Assembly (NCBI GenBank): GCA_001938485.1
Contig: MQRK01253288.1
Coordinates: forward strand, 31,987 to 84,692
Origin: Girardia tigrina
Taxonomy: Eukaryota
DNA: 52,706 nucleotides
Reading direction: 5' to 3'
Made by a program: the position numbers and the translations under genes
Shown: in pieces, positions 25,401-39,801 of the stretch
Numbering within the stretch: position 1 is the stretch's first letter
How the letters are laid out: each line of letters begins with the position of its first letter
Notes under the pieces: generated by a model
Told to the model about the DNA's origin: nothing
Database searches by the model: none
The model's input: the letters and a program-made list of their open reading frames with translations, nothing else

Positions 25401-27524
25401 NNNNNNNNNNNNNNNNNNNNNNNNNNNNNNNNNNNNNNNNNNNNNNNNNNNNNNNNNNNNNNNNNNNNNNNNNNNNNNNNNNNNNNNNNNNNNNNNNNNN
25501 NNNNNNNNNNNNNNNNNNNNNNNNNNNNNNNNNNNNNNNNNNNNNNNNNNNNNNNNNNNNNNNNNNNNNNNNNNNNNNNNNNNNNNNNNNNNNNNNNNNN
25601 NNNNNNNNNNNNNNNNCGTTTCGTCAAAATTACAGTAATTAAATTCAAATCGTGAAATAATAAATTTGAATCGATCTAAAAAATTATTAAAAAAATTTTA
25701 AATTACCATTGTCTAACAATGTTCGCTCTGATTGTTTAACCAATCAGAAATTGAAAATATTGACTCGATGATTCATTGTATAATTATAAAATTGTAATTG
25801 CATTATTAGAGGGAATTATAAACTATTTTCTAGGGATCTGAATGAGAGATTGCAGTTCATTAACAATTATAAGTTATAAATATTTTAGTTAAACAGCAAA
25901 TAAACTCTGTTTTATGGTCAACTCTGGTGAACCAGATCGATATTTCTTTAAATTTTAACTTAAAAAAAGAAATGAAAGTTGTTTTAAATTAAAAATTCCT
26001 TCGAAATATGATTTTTCAAATAATTTAGACTTTGCTTAAAATTGAATAGAGTTTATGAAAGATTTTTTTTCCTGTAAATATTGCTATTGAAATATTATTG
26101 ATGACTTTAATTGTGTATCTTATATATAATAGAATATCATAATTGTAATTTATAAAGTATTATTTTTTTTCATTTCTAAGTATATTGTTCTTTTCTTTAT
26201 GTTTAACTTCTATTTTATTTGTGGGAGAAAATTACCGCTAAAAGATCCATACAAACAATTAATAATACTATTATATACTTTTGACTTGAAAACTTTTATT
26301 TTATTATTAAGTGTTACTGTATTATACTATTATTAAGCACCATTATAACTGTTTGAAAGTGGAAAATAGTTTTCTAGTGTCGTCGTTGCTAAATTCTATT
26401 GACCAAGAACACTGAAATAGAGGCTAAACATTTCTAAAACAGAACATTTAGTCCTAGACTATTTTTAAGTACAAATAAATTCTAGCCTTATTAAATGAGA
26501 AAATAAAAAGAAAGTATAAATAAAAAATGAATTTAAATGTTAACCAATATGTTGTTATACAATATTTTAAATCTTAGAATTTTATAAATATTTTTATATG
26601 AAAAATAGTTTGTTTTTGTTGACAAATTAACTATATTTATAAAAATTTATTTAACTATTATCTAAACTAAAACAAAGTAAACATAACTAAGCATTTTAAA
26701 TTAATTCAATTTTCATTAAATTATATTAAATACATATTTTTTCAATAATTCTTTAAAAATATAAATGTTTTGTTCTGATTTTAAAGAAAAATTATAATTA
26801 ACAGACAACAATTTATCAATTTGCACGATTCTGGAATGTATTTGAAATTTTTTTATACATTTTTTTAATTTTAAAAATAAGTTTTTTAATCACTATAAAA
26901 AATTGTAAGAACGGATATCGTCGAATAATCATTCCAATTATTTGGAAAATATGGCCAAAATTTTGAGACGTGGTCTTCATTATTTAGTGTTTTTAAAGAA
27001 TTATGTTTTGATAATTTAATATTAATAAAATAAAATTTAATCAAATAGTTTTATCAATTTATTAACCAGAAATAATGAAAAAGTCTTAATCAAATGTTTC
27101 TTCATTTTTTTCCAGATTACATGTAAACGTTTTTGAAAAATAATTATATAATTATTTTTCACTATTTTAGGTGAACATAATTTAGATACATTTAATTTAG
27201 AACAACTTTTTATGTTTAAAATTTTATTTTATTTCTAATTTAGAGTCATACTAATCCGGAATATCTGTTTAAAAAATTTTAAAAATTTATTTATACAAAC
27301 AGTCTTTCTTTTTATTTGATTATTTTGATTTTAACATATGATTTATTTATTATTTTTAAACGTTATATTACATAAAGCACCATTTAAGTCTTAGACCTAT
27401 GTTAAAATAATTACCATTTGTTTGTGTTATAAATTTTGGAAATTGTATTTTTAATAAATATTTTAAGTTATTCTAAAAAAAATTATTTTCATTATTTAAT
27501 TTAAATAATTTTTGTTCATTTAAG

Positions 27525-27623
27525 GTTCTTTTTGATGTGTTACGGATTCGTGAATTTGGCTACCGCTCTAAATGGCTTTCTACAAGAACCAAGCTGGAGA
27601 CCCCGGTTTAAATATTATCATTG
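27525..27623 (+). CDS. kcc: KCC exon (TM10)
   Basis: ttaag| ... |gtatga. Translates (M)[32 protein letters not shown](W), with the FFLMCY and WRPRF motifs. Confidence 0.95.
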
Positions 27624-30600
27624 GTATGAAATTTTATCTTGATTAAATGTTTCAAATATTTGCTTTTGATGGTATTTTTCAATTTATTAAATCAGTTCAT
27701 TGTTTTTATTTATATTTATCTAAGTTAAATTTTAATTGTACAAATTAGGTATATCAAAAGGATTTGAAAGCTTTAAACATTTAAAATTAAAAATGGCAAA
27801 TATACACAAGACTATTGGTCTTATTGTTAAAAGCGTTTAATGTTAGATTTATAATTGACAAAACTGTAATCTTCCTTTGATCTGTCTGGTCGTCGTCTTC
27901 TCATTCTATTATCAAATGTCACTAAATTGAATTAAATCTCACAGTAGAGTTAACAAACAATTATCTATGTTTACAATTCTTACCGATTTTTACGTTTTAT
28001 TTACGCTGTATCAAACTCTTATACTTCAAGTAAAGTAATGTTAACAATGTAATCTTAAAATAATAAATTAATGAAATACAAAATTATAGTATATAGAAAT
28101 CAACTTTGTAATACTTAATCTTACGACAGTTAATACATAGGACATTTAATACCCGGAACAATAATATTAGATTGTGAAAAAGCAATATAAATTCTGTTAA
28201 AGAAGCGTCTCCTGAAATATCTGATGTTGTTTTTTTCCATGTGGCTAAGAATGTGTTGAAGAAAGTATCAAAATTGAGAATGAATAACAATTAGGAAATG
28301 GATGTTATATTTCGTAATTCAATTCGATAATTGCCTGCATTAGCTTTAATCCATCAACATTACATTGCAGAAGTGTTTTCAGAATTGATTGATTTTATAT
28401 TATTGCTTGATAAAATGCCAGAATTTGTATTGTACTTTGTGGATATATAAATATTTGTGGATATCTAAACACTTTTCCTCGTCCATTTAAAATTTATTCT
28501 TTGACATTCGAAGAGTAATCCTCTTCCGACGAGAAGTAACTTTATGAGCACTCTTCAACCTCATATCAATAATTCTACATGTTTTCGAGCATGGATATTG
28601 GATCGAACTTTTCCGTCTCAAGACTATCATTAACTTCACATCCCGAGTCGAACTCCATAGTAAGTATGGTGTCTAGTGGGTATCTTCAGATTCTCCGCTT
28701 CATCACAGGTATGTTTATACTTAATGGTGCCCTATAAGTTATAGGGTATAACTTCTTTAATTTATTTTTCTCAGAACATGACAGTTGATCCCGTAGAATA
28801 ACTAGTTTTGTATTCGATTCCTTCATATCTGAGGTATAGAGAGAACATTATTTTCTTGTTAAACTTAATCTTTATCATATAGTTTTTCTCAACTTCTGCA
28901 TATTTTTTTGCTAAAATATCCACTAGTGCTTCCGCTGTGAACTCTTTAATACACTGACATACTGCATCTGAGCCGACTTTTGTTTCCCATGGTAAGAATA
29001 CTTGCTGGTCAATCTCATCTATTAGAATGATGCCAATTAATGTATTCTCTAATACACTTTCATTGAATCTCTTATAAGCTGAATATAATTTCTCTGCTTT
29101 ATGTTTAATAAACAGATTCTCTATCTGTTTAGATATATTGTAATATATTCAAGGTTTAACTTTTTCAAGCATTATGCTGACTTTAAATTCTCTGTTTTGA
29201 CTTGTACATAAATATAAACGATACAGTAACAAATTTTTTATTTATAACAAGTATATCAAGTAATTCACTTTTCTCATAGGAATCTATTAAGATTCTTTTT
29301 GAGATTTGTTTCCGGTGTTTCGTCAAGTGACAAAAATTTTTTTGTCGATTGCACTCATTGCTCCGTGAGCATTTGGAATTGGTGCGTTGTCATTTAGAAT
29401 AAAGAGGTGCTGGTTCACAGGCTTCCGTGACGACAACATGACCACTTTTTTCATGACATACTGCATTTGCTTTTTACGTGTCTCAGCTGTCAGGAAGTGT
29501 TGAGCAAAATGGCTGACAATTTTCTTACTCCAATACTCTCCGGAATGATCTGTACAGTCTTCTTGCTCACATTGAGTTTACTTAATAGTTCTTTCTTGAT
29601 AATTTTTTTAAAATCGTCTAATTTCCATTTGGAAACTGCTTGATGTTGTAAATTTCATTCGTCATCAAACTCACTGTTCCTTTCAGAGTAAAGCTCTCTA
29701 ATTCAATTGCAAATAGTGTTGTTGTATAGTGTTTCATTTCCATATGTTTCTTGATGATGACACAGGATCTCATTCTGTTCAGTCTTTCACAAAACAAGAA
29801 AAAAATAATTCTCTTGGCTGTAATAATGCTTTAATATTAGACTGAAACATTGTTTTAAAATATATTTAAACATATATTGTAATATATTAAAAATTTCATC
29901 AATTTGTTAATTTTAATCCTTCTACGAGGCCAAGGACATGTTATTTGCTCAACGTAACTTCAAAGATTATATTTCTTAATTTCTCTGCTTATTTTTCTCT
30001 AGCTTATATGTTATCAAATGGTCCACTCTAAATTATTTTATGGTGTGATATTTCAACATAATCTTTTCTATTCAATATTTGTAATATTTTCCTAATAATT
30101 ATTTCTTATTAAACATAAATAAATAATCATTAAAGTGGACAGTTTTCATTTCTATTTATAAAAATTTTTAACATTCCAATAATAAATATCGCGTTTTCTC
30201 TACAATTTAAAGTAATTTAAATATTTATTTGCAACAAAATAAAAATTTATGGATATTTTTATCAATTATAAATTTAATAATGAATTATCTTCTGAATTTT
30301 TCTTCGGCCGGCATCGGTTGCCACTAATTTAGATTTAACTGCACTTTTCTATTAGGGGAAACATTTCAGTTTTCAATGCAAATGTTTCCCATAAACCAAT
30401 TATTAAAATACTTCTTGATTTTTTTCTCTTCCCAGAAATCTTTTTTTAAATTTTTTATTATAAGCGAGATTGTCATCAACCGAAAAAATAATTCGTGACA
30501 TTCAACCATACAAAAATTATTATAGCATTTAGAATCGTTAAATCAGTATTTATATTTTTGAAAAAAAATATATTAAATTAATTCATTTTGTAAAAGATTG

Positions 30601-31041
30601 ATTGGACAGATTTTTTTATAAATAAAATTTATTTTTTAAATAATTTTAATAAAAAATGAATAATATCGAATGTTCAAATTCATTCTGCTTGTAAAATGGT
30701 TTTTGTTGAAAATTAAAATTTCTAGAATTTTTGTTTTTGTTTGGAGAATTATAAAAAATTAATTATACGAATCAAGAGAAAATATTTTAGGAGTTTTCGA
30801 AATTAATTAATTTATTTATAATTTGAAAGACTTCAGATGTGTTTTTTAATTTTGAAGCATAATATTATTATATAAATTATTTTTAAAAATATTTTTTTTC
30901 TGAAATTGTTTTTTCAATGTACTGTTTGTATTGATCAGTATTTTTAATCTTTATAGAAAGTTACACATCTCTAATTATTTGATAAAATTTAAAGATGTTA
31001 TAGATCAATAATATATTTTTGTTTATAAGGGACTTTATAAG

Positions 31042-33652
31042 AATAAAGTTCCATCATTTCCAATTCCTGATGCACTGCAACTTTTTGATACCTTGGGAGG
31101 AGTGAAACACTTTAGTAAAATTGATTTGGCTGCAGGATATTATAACATAAGTCTTGCAGAGTGTGATAGAGAGAAAACAGCGTTTAGTACTAGAAAAGGA
31201 CATTGGGAATTTTTAAGGTTGCCAATGGGCTTAGCGGCAGCGTCTGTAATTTCCAAAGAGTTATGAAAGCGATATTAAAGGAAGAAAACTAGAGGGAATG
31301 TATTTGTATGATATTCTAGTTTTTGGAAAAACACGAGAGGAGCATCTGATCAGACTGCGAAAAGTATTATCCAAAATCAAAGAAGCCGGTCTAAAAATTG
31401 CACCAACAAAATACCAATTATTTGCAAGGGATGTAAAGTACCTGGTCCATAGAGTATCATCCAATGGAATTTCAATGGACGAGGATAAAATCAAGTGCAT
31501 CCAGGAGTGGCCACAGCCAGAGTCTCTAGAAATGTGAAAATTTCTTGGACTTGGCGGTTACTATCGTAATTATATTAAAGAGTACGCCAAAATTGTGGCA
31601 CGATTAGAAGAGGTATGTAAAGACTGTTGGAACAAAGCTAAGACTAAAAAATTACACAAGTTACAATGGTCAGCTATGTTTGGGTGACGCATTTATTCAT
31701 TTGAAACAATGTTTAATGACCGCTCCAATTTTGGTAGTTCCGAATAGCTACGATCAATTCATATTGGATACGGATGCATGTGATAACACGATTGGATGCG
31801 TCCTTTCTCAAGTGCAAAGTGGTGATAAAAAGTAATAGCCTACGCTTCGCATAGGTTGTCTACAGCAGAACAATATTATTGTGTGACACGAAAAGAGTTG
31901 CTGAGTGTCTATAAATACACAAAAATGTTTAGACACTATTTATTTGGTAGAAGATTTAGTATAAGAACAGACCACTAAGCTCTATGCTGGATGATGAATA
32001 TGAAAACACCGAGGACAAGTCATTTCAGTTCATGGCTCAATGAATTGAGTGTCTTTGATATGGATATCCAATACCGGAAAGGAGAATAACATATGAATGC
32101 GGACGCTCTATCCCGAGCGCCAGAACAATGCCAGCAATGTGCAATGAACCACGAAAATCCGAAGGCAAAACGAAATGTTAAATATTACAATGAAAATCAA
32201 AATGATAAAAAAGCTGTTGTCTACTGCCGGCGGATAGCAATGGAAGAAGAAGAAGTCTGTCAGGCGGATAATAATAATCGGGCGTTGATAATTAAACTTA
32301 TGAAAAACAAAAACGTTGAAGATCAATATCCTGGAGAACTTCAGAATGCAGAAAGAGAAGCCCAGGTGCTATCGAGAAATCGGAAGGACTTGCGATTTAG
32401 TGGAGACTTGCTAAATATTATTCGCCAAGGGGATTATAAACTTCTTTTACCAAAAAATAGAAGAGATGAAATCATCGGCCATGCCCATATGTTGCATGGA
32501 CATATCGGAGTCAGCAAATCAACAGCTCTTTTAAAGGATAAATTCTACTGGCCAGGTATGTCTTTTGATGTTAGAATAAGAATAGGAAAATGTAAAGAAC
32601 GTTAGAGCCGAAAAAATCAACGACCAGACAGAAATAAGGCTCATGGATCCTTAAATGCAGGGTACCCCTTTGGAACAATATCTATTGATGTAACAGGACC
32701 ACTTCCAGAAAGTAAAAATGGATGTACATACATCTTGGGAATTATTGATAACTTTTCAAAATACCCCATGCTGATACCGCTGAGAAATATGACTGCGAAA
32801 ACGATATGCAAATCCATATGTGACAAGTGGATCGTGCAATTTGGAATCCCGGACAGGATTCACTCAGATAGATGTACTGCTTTTGAGAGCGAAATCGTAC
32901 AGGAACTATGTGCTCTTCTCGGAATTAGAAAATCTCGGAACTCACCATATTATCCTCAAGGTGACGGGGTAATTGAGAGACTATTTGGTACAGCAAAAGA
33001 CATGCTTTACGCAACAGCGAAGTCATCTGGATCTGAATGTGAAGAGGCGATCCCCTTTGTTGAATTTGGACTAAGAAATACAATTTTAGAAGCACTGGAT
33101 TCTAACCCTTCGAGGTGATTTTTGGTCAGAAAAGGAGGCCTTTTTACTCGGAAAAGAAAGTGAGTCCAGCAAATGATTGCAAAAAATATAGCAGAGCTTC
33201 AACAAGTGTTACAAGTGGTGAGCCAACATATCAAGACCAAACAAGAAATTAAAAAGCTAGCTACATCAGGTTCAGGAGGTTGTCTGGTAATTGGTGATCT
33301 ACTGCTGGCTAGGATACTACCGCAAATCAAAGGAATCGATATGCAGAGATACGAAGGGCCATATGCGGTGATCGGTAAACTGGGGAAGCATGCGCATAGA
33401 TTAAAAAGGATTAATGATGGAAGAATAATTGAGAGAAATTTGGTGGATATCAAAAGATTGAGAACACCACAAAATGACACGAGAAAATCAAAAGAGGCTA
33501 CAGCAATTATGTCAAAAAGTATCAAAAATGATCATCATGATGAACAGGAAGAGGACCAGAAGCCAGAGGAAGAGCGACTGAAGATTAATGAAACAAGAGT
33601 GAGACGCAATCCAGTTCGAGACCGACAGAAGCCTCAAAGATACAGTAATTAA
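31042..33652 (+). mobile_element. Ty3/Gypsy pol relic (RT, RNase H, integrase), 5'-truncated
   Basis: FSKIDLAAGYY, EKTAF, mutated YLYD (for YxDD), FILDTDA, IRTDH, NADALSR, HGHIG, FYWPGM, IDVTGP, IHSD, YYPQGDGVIER and EGPY. Contains stops and frameshifts. Confidence 0.95.
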
Positions 33653-33670
33653 GTTGTCGAACAGGGCGAG

Positions 33671-34612
33671 TGTGGAATAATTATGTAAATATTAATGTAT
33701 TTTAATGTGTATGTTGTTTTAATAATCATTATTGTAAAATGTAATTCAAATATATTTTGTTATTTAGATATTCGCTTTCTCAAAAGTTAATAAAAAAATA
33801 ACAAAAAAACTGTACAGAATGTTTCTTGTAAATAAAAAAATTGAAAATTAGTCGTTTGTTTATAAACTTAAATAAAGTTCGCGAAAATCAAATTGTTAAT
33901 TCAAATTCAATAATGAGTTCCCAAGACGATTTCGATGCTTTCAAAGCATTCGTTCTTCAATAAAAGATTAAAATCGCCTTAAAATATATCGATTCTCCGG
34001 AATTAAAGAAAATCAATTCAAAACTGAGTAAATTTATTGTCGACTCGAACAATGATGATTAGTTCGTTGAATTGAGTTTTGATGAGTCGATCTACAGAAT
34101 GATCTCACGGTAATCGAAAATCAATTTTCCCATGAAAAAACAATCGATTTCCAAGCGGCAGCATCTTTTCTCCATCGATCACGCATTACCGAACAAATTC
34201 TCGTTGCCGCAACAAACGACAACACGAATTTCTCTTGAAAACCGCAGAAAATCGCGACAATAATTTATTAAAACAGTCGACAAAATCGAATAACGATAAA
34301 TCGACAATAAAAATAAATCCGATCGAAAATCGTTGAAAAAAATTATCGGAAAATAAATTGAATAAGATTAAAACATCTTCCTCGAACATTCGCGACGACA
34401 GCAGAACTTCCTAATCGATAAATCGCGTCTGCGAACGATCAACGAAATTCTATCGAACAAGCAAAAACGAAAATCGATAAGAAAATCTCAATCTGATATT
34501 CAGTGATTATGATTCGAGTGATTCGACAGATTATCGGAAAATTGCAACCAGATAAACTTAATTATTAAAATTGGAAAACGGACAGAATGGAAATAGAGAG
34601 ATTTATCACACA
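33671..34612 (+). mobile_element. Candidate 3' LTR of the Gypsy element
   Basis: Purine-rich GAACAGGGCGAG followed by TGTGGAATAA ... TTATCACACA (TG..CA with an imperfect terminal inverted repeat). No second LTR is present to confirm it. Confidence 0.55.
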
Positions 34613-37039
34613 AAAAAAATTGCTGGAGCAACAATAAAATTAGTTACTTAATATGTATGAATTTGAGGGAATTTCTATAGCTGGTGTTTTATATGGCTTC
34701 GATATTACTGTTGTATTTTAAGATTCTCACAAAAAAGGTTGGATGCATGAATAAAGACTACTGGAATATTGTAAATAAATATCGTATTTTCAATGGTAAT
34801 ATGGAAATAATAGAAATTTTCTTCTTGAATTGGTTTCTTTCGATAGTTAGTATTTCTGTATTGGGTCACTGGGAAAAGTTTTCGATTCTCTTTTAAATTG
34901 ATATAAACTATTTATGTTCTTCGCTATTTATTCCACATCATTTTTTGGCTATATTTTTATTTTTTATTGATTTTTTATTTTAATTTTTAAATTTATATTA
35001 TTATTATTTTACATTACATTAATTAATTAGTTTTATTTATTTTATTTGTGGTCTTTACGGAGTCACTATAAATATATCAAAACCATAATAATTGAAGATA
35101 ATAAATTGAAAATAATAATACATGGTGATCCAGAAAGAATAATATATGATGGTGCACAGCAATTGTACAGCAAAAGTTTACAAAAATCAATTTACAAAGT
35201 TAAATTTAGAAGACTACAAACTGAGACGAAAGTTCAAATATATGTTTTATATTAATTAGGGAAATAATTCGTAGCACAATGTTACTGAATGAAAATCATA
35301 AAATATTTTAATTGTAGAAACGTGTTAGAAATTCATTACAGGTTAAAATTAATAAAAGTTGAAAAATCTTTTTCTAAAGTAAATATAAGTTTAATGAGCT
35401 GAAATACTTAAAAGGTTGTATCCATTAACAAATTGAGACTTTTTCCTTAAACGAAATTGTATATCTTCTTTGATAGAAAAGTAAACTAAAGAAATGTGAA
35501 GCTAAACTCTCTTCAATTAATTGTTGGCCATATATGATAGCTTAAGTTTTATGAAATGGTAGTGTATGAGGCATCATTTGATAATTGCATCGTCATCTAG
35601 TCACACGGCAAGATTTACAATGAAACTTATTAAATAAAAGAATTTCTTGTCGCAAATGTTACAAGGGCAGAAGCTCTATCTTAATTAAAAAATCATTTTT
35701 TTCGGAGTCGTTATGTGCTTTCTCTGTGTTTATTTTTAGTAATTTGGTACATTAATTTTATGCATAATTAATTAAATAAAAGTAAATAAAATTACCATAG
35801 CCATTCCTAAATTTAATTGACGTCAAATACAAACAAACTACAAATGACAATGGGAAGTACATCAATAATTGTTAAGAATAACCTTCTTAGAATATGATAT
35901 TGATATTATTATTATTATTTCGGAATTTCAAGTTAAATTTATATTTATATTTTTGGTATTTTCATTTATATTCCAAATGTCTCCTCTGCTGCCCAAAGAT
36001 AATTTTTCAATTTGAATTTGGATCATATATATATATATATTATGCTGAATTTGTATAATTGCCGAATTCGTGTATTACACAATTTTTTTAAAAAATTTTT
36101 TAATATGAAAAAATGCTTTTAAAATACCAAAGTGTGCAATTCAGCTTGCCATCAAGGAAAACGTTTAAATAACTAGGAATAGAAGTTCAAATTTGGAATT
36201 TATTTTGCATAATAAATTAAGATGTTTTCATATTAAATTGATATTTTCTCATATTAAATTTATAATTTTTTTAATATTAAATACATAATCTTTCATTTTA
36301 AATTGAGAGTTTTTTACATTAAAATGGAAATTTTTCATATAGTTAGTTAATTCAGCAAAAATTGATTAGTTCATGAATTCGACAATTACACTATTTCAGC
36401 AAACTGTTGCCGAATACACACATTCGGCAATATCTTTTTTTTAAATGTTCACGAGTTTTTCTTTACGATTTTTTAATACATAAATTCTTCTGTAAAATGT
36501 TTTATATGTACTAATGAATTGTTTTGATTTGCGTTTTACATTTTCCATTATTTTTAATATAAATTTTACATTTAATCTATTTATTGACATTCATTAAGAA
36601 TTTAATCTGTAGAATTTTCTGAAAATGTCGATTATCTACATTTAATTATTGACACTTATTCTTTGGTAATGATATTTTTTCTTTACCAATTTAGAATTAA
36701 ATTTTCTATTAGGCTGTTTTATGGTTTATATTTATAATTAAATAATTTAATTTTTTACCGGTTATGACTTATATTGAATGTGTTGTTGAATTGTTTAGGT
36801 AATGTGGCACAAATTAGGTTCTTTTATTTATTGAGGTATTTTAAGAAATTTTATTAAAAAAAGATAATAACAACATTTAATAAATACATCTCCATATTAT
36901 AAAAATATATTTCCATATTTCCAAAAATATATCTCCATATTTAAAAATATGATTATTCCAAAGCATATTTTTCATTTACATTTGTTATTGATTTTCTTTG
37001 TTCAAAAGGTGGTCGATTTCACGGAGAATTTTGTTGCTA

Positions 37040-37406
37040 ACATTTTCACCTGAGACGCATATTCATCGATAGTCTCGCCCTCGTGATACTATAAGTTTAT
37101 CAATTGACTGTACGCAGAACGTCTAGTCAGGCAGAACGAGTTGTTTAGTATCTTGAAGAACCGATCGCAGCTGTTTTGTGTCTTCTCGACCGATTCCATA
37201 TAGATGTTCAGTGCAACCCCCGATAGTAAAAAGGGTAGATACGGGGCTGGATCAGTAATCTTCTGAATTTTCATGACCATTTCAAATTTCTTCTGCCAAA
37301 TCTTGAAGCTGATGTTTCCATCGAATTTTTCCAAAAACTCCAAAACGATTTTCATATCATTCATTATTCCCGGATAGCTTGTAACACGCGAAAAGTTTAT
37401 TTTCAA
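37040..37406 (-). mobile_element. Ty3/Gypsy gag fragment, with a candidate LTR upstream (from 37501)
   Basis: EKFDGNISFKIWQKKFE...PFLLSGVALNIY...HEGETIDEYA resembles a retrotransposon capsid. Upstream CpG-rich block ends TTATCACA on the minus strand at 37501. Confidence 0.75.
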
Positions 37407-38000
37407 AAACAGTGTTTAATTGATAATATTTAAACAAAATATTTGTCAAAAAAGCATATATTAAATATTTGAAATAATCAAAATATCTAATATTCAACAG
37501 TGTGATAATTATAATATTTTTTTGAAGCTGAATCAACGTTTGTATATATTTTTGTGTGATTTCGTTTTCACTACCTTTTCTTCTCTATGAACTCGAGTAA
37601 TTGTTATTCGAGTTCCGAAACTTTATTCGGGAATATTTGCGTTTGGGGCAAGATGGCGGCCCGTTTCCATTATTTCGTCGACATCAAAACATGGTAATTT
37701 ATATTATTCTTGGGCGTATTTTTCGTCTGTTGAACGGTAGATCGATCGCGAGACAGCAGAGTTGTCAAGTCGCCGTCCTTGGTGGAATAGCAACGCGAGT
37801 GACACCTAACTGCTTTTGGCAGCGCCTTACTCGAACACGGCTGATCACTTGATGTTGAGGATTGTCATTCTCTTAGTTTCAAAATGATTTAAAATGTTTT
37901 ATTAAAATTATAAAATAAAAAATTTTATATAATTAAAAAAAATGTTTAATAAAAAATTATATATAGATATATGTATATATGTGTTATATGTTGAATTAGA

Positions 38001-38034
<34 letters not shown>

Positions 38035-38440
38035 AAGTTAAATTCGTTGGTTTAAACGAATCAGTGTTGTATTTTTGGAGAACGAATAAATATTATATAG
38101 CAATATTGATTTATTTTGATTACTGAGATTGAATGTCTAATTTAAAAGAACAGTTAAATTCGCCTTTTGACGATATATTTACTGTGGATTATTTTATGAA
38201 GGCATTTGGAGATAATCATGTAAAAATGTCCGACGAAATCGTCTTACCTGCTGTTGCGTCTCAAATGGGAAATCCGTCAAATTAAATGTAATTAATAAAA
38301 TTAAATCAGAGTTGCTTAAATAATCTAATTTGGCAATTATTTTAAAAAGCAGTCAATTGTAGAAAATATATCGAAGATTCAAAGAGCCCAAATGCAAAAG
38401 AAGATCACAGATTTTTATCTTATTAGTAAATGTTTGTCAA

Positions 38441-39801
38441 GTGAAATTCCAACTTCTAACAGAAATGAAATTAGATCTTAGACTTGTACGCAAATCGCGA
38501 GCAAAGTATAAAACAATTCTTCAGCAGAATTTACTGGGTTTTGATGATAGAATAAGAATAGGATCATGGAAAAAAGTCCATTTCAATGATTTAGAAGAAT
38601 TATTTAATTGTATCTTGTTCAGAAGAGAATCAAATTTTGTAGTTCGAAGATCAGATGTTCAAAGTTTGCGATTAGTCTCGCAAATGAATATAACATTTCT
38701 TTTGATTAATCTAAAGCATCGCAACGTTGGTTAGACCGTTTTTTAGAAACTTACAATCTTAGCATTAGGCGTTCAACAACTTTATTTAAAATTGATAACT
38801 CTGAAATAATTAAGCGTGCTGTTGAGTACAAGAAATTTATTGATTTGAATAAATATCAGCTGTCGGAAATCGTTGCAATGGATAGAACGGCCGTTTACCT
38901 AGGACAAAATTTTCAAAGCACTATACATCTAAAAGGTGCTTTATCATCCGTTTATATACCGGCCATTGGATATGAAAGTACACGGGTCACTTGTATATTG
39001 GCAATAAGAATGTAATGCTCTAAAGTTGTTCCGATCATTATTCCTAAAGGGCAAAAAGAGAAAATGGAAAACGTTTATGGTATTTACATCTTGCGTTCAC
39101 CACAGGCATGGTGTACTCAAGATATTATTGAAAAATGGATTTATGTTGTTTTTCCTTTAGTCCTTAGATGTACCAAAAAAGTATTCATTGTTTGGGATTC
39201 AGCTAATACTCATAGATCTGCAACTATAAATGAGTTTTTAAAAGAGTGTCAAAATGATGAAATTATGATACCATCTGGAATGACAGCATATTTACAGTCA
39301 CTTGATTTGTCTACCAACAATCCATTTAAAAGTTTGTTAAAAGAAGAAATTAATGATTTTATTGAAAACGACAAATACGATACGGTCAGGGTAATTATGT
39401 CAAACCAAATATTCAATAAATATCAGGGTGGTAAAGAAAGCATGGGAAAAAATATCACCCGATACTGTTAAGAATGCCTTACGCTATAGTTATTTATCCC
39501 TTGATAAACGATTCGAAGATACTTTTATCGCTAATCACGAAAGATTGGTGATCAAATATTAAGAGCATGTAACTTGTGCTCGATTGATGACGAGGAAGAA
39601 GCTTTAAACGGTAATGAAATTGACTATCTTATGGAAGAAGATGAGATTTATGTTGAAGAATAAATTTATTTGTGGATTTTATTCTTATTTTTTTCTATTT
39701 TTTTTATTTCTAATTTCGAAAATAGGCTAGTATAAGACCTACTGTTAACTTTTTCCATCAAAATTAATACAAAACAGTGTCTTATATTTCGAGAAACATG
39801 G
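38441..39801 (+). mobile_element. Decayed pogo/Tc2-like (CENP-B HTH plus DDE_1) transposon
   Basis: ASQRWLDRF...IRRSTT, AMDRTAV, RVTCILA, VWDSANTH and IPSGMTAYLQSLDLSTNNPFK. Right TIR TCTTATATTTCGAGAAACATGG followed by TA. Left TIR not found. Confidence 0.88.

Noticed and set aside
28100-29850. Less AT-rich, coding-like stretch
   Set aside because: No recognisable motif or sustained frame. Probably an old TE, but unsupported.
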